Assembly (NCBI RefSeq): GCF_910592395.1
Contig: NC_088308.1
Span: forward strand, 1,984,001-2,048,000
Direction: 5' to 3'
From: Lineus longissimus
Lineage: Eukaryota
Length of the DNA: 64,000 bases
Shown: positions 62,801 to 64,000 of the stretch, in pieces
Layout of the letters: the number at the start of each line of letters is the position of its first letter
How positions within the stretch are numbered: the stretch's first letter is position 1
The notes under the pieces: generated by a model
What the model saw: the letters and a program-made list of their open reading frames with translations, nothing else
Databases searched by the model: none
Told to the model about the DNA's origin: nothing
Program-made: the position numbers and the translations under genes

Positions 62801-64000
62801 GTGGAAAGCATTTCCAGGAAACCAAACTCGGAACTGTCTGAGACCTAATCCTTCGGTATCTCCCGAGATCCGTAGACAAAATCTAATTTGCCAACAATAT
62901 GACATGATCACCAATATTCCCATCGATTCTATCTGCAGAGAGATCCTAAGAGATGGCGAAGACAACTATATACATTGAATACGGGTTTCGCGAGACTTGG
63001 ACGATATTTCTATCTTATCCTGTTGAAGACCAAAGGTCAGAAATGGAGGAGTCTGTAAGAAAACCTGGAATGGTGAATCACCCGAGGAAGAACTGTTGGA
63101 GGGCAGAACAATGATTTGTCGTGCTCAACTTAGCTGAATCATGGTCATTTGGGCGCGCTTTGTTTTGTGGCAGGCGATGACGTCTCGTGAAACCACTCAT
63201 TCTTTTTCGCCGACTGAAGGATACTCGCCAAAACATTAACATCCAACATTTTCCTATTCTCAAGAGGCATTAGCACGCAACTTTCGCTAAGAAATACGAT
63301 TACCAGAAGACTATGTGAAAATCGGTTTCATTTGGTCGCTTTCGGTTTGAGTTAGTAGTCTATTGCTATACATTAGCTCGGCAAATTACATTGAATACTC
63401 TCGAGGCTTACGTGATCGAATTTACGTTGTTAGACAGTTACCTATTGTCAGCTAAGGTGGTTCCACTTCTAGTTTATCGAACTTGTCTACCACCTTCGCT
63501 TTCGTTAACACTTTTGTATAAGAAATACCCGTGATGCAATTCCCTTCAGCACAAGGTTGTGCTCTGGACAATATAGAGGCATATGTTCCTTAATATCTTA
63601 CCGAATTTCAGAACGTATGTTGTGAAATGTCATCTTATTCCAAACGCTCAGAGAAAATATGCCCACTATTTGATACTTTTATCCAAAAACGCTGCCAAAG
63701 CGGATTTTTGTGTTTGAGTAGGCTCCAGTAATGAGTCAATGCAGTGCCGTACACTGCAGCGTTTTCACCATACCATGGACTGCAATGTACATGCACTGCG
63801 CAGTGTAACGCAGACTGTAAGGTCATGTGTATATCAGAACATTGTCTATAAATAGCCCCATCAATTCCTTGAAGGGTTACCACTACTGCTACAGTATGGC
63901 AACACTGTTTTTGGTTTCCCCATTTGGCATCTCCTCTACCCCTGAACATCATCTGCCGTAAAGCAAACTCCAGTAAAGTCCAGTTATTGCCGCCGAATAT

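Noticed and set aside
60000..64000. Upstream exons of the claudin-like gene
   Set aside because: Minus-strand donors near 61322, 63412 and 63601 have in-phase stops just upstream, and no GLW/Cys first-loop motif was found

Overview
Eukaryotic (animal) genomic DNA, AT-rich and intron-rich, probably from a marine invertebrate (taxon is inference). The left ~40 kb holds a Bicaudal-C (BicC/BICC1) gene on the + strand. I traced 20 coding exons by hand from 15317 to the stop at 37158; all have GT-AG boundaries and consistent phases, total 2900 nt, and encode KH/KH-like domains, a low-complexity linker, a SAM domain and a C-terminal SGRW. The first coding exon was not found and is probably upstream of the window. 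Three things lie on the - strand: a possible orphan type II membrane protein exon (41690-42293), a single-coding-exon ankyrin-repeat gene (49229-51244, ANKRD63/34-like), and the last two exons of a claudin/PMP22-superfamily tetraspan gene (59707-59844, 56003-56298). Non-coding DNA carries non-autonomous transposons (an 864-bp Mutator/Foldback-type palindrome, plus piggyBac-, pogo/Tc1-, PIF/Harbinger- and ISL2EU-like MITEs), SINE/LINE remnants and tandem repeats. The most notable observation is a 49-bp x6 repeat just after the BicC stop codon whose unit folds into a CUGG stem-loop matching the Smaug recognition element, with two more unrelated such hairpins further down the 3' UTR. There is also a candidate intronic promoter and an in-phase alternative first coding exon for BicC. 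No prokaryotic-type system, CRISPR array, rRNA or intact tRNA was seen.
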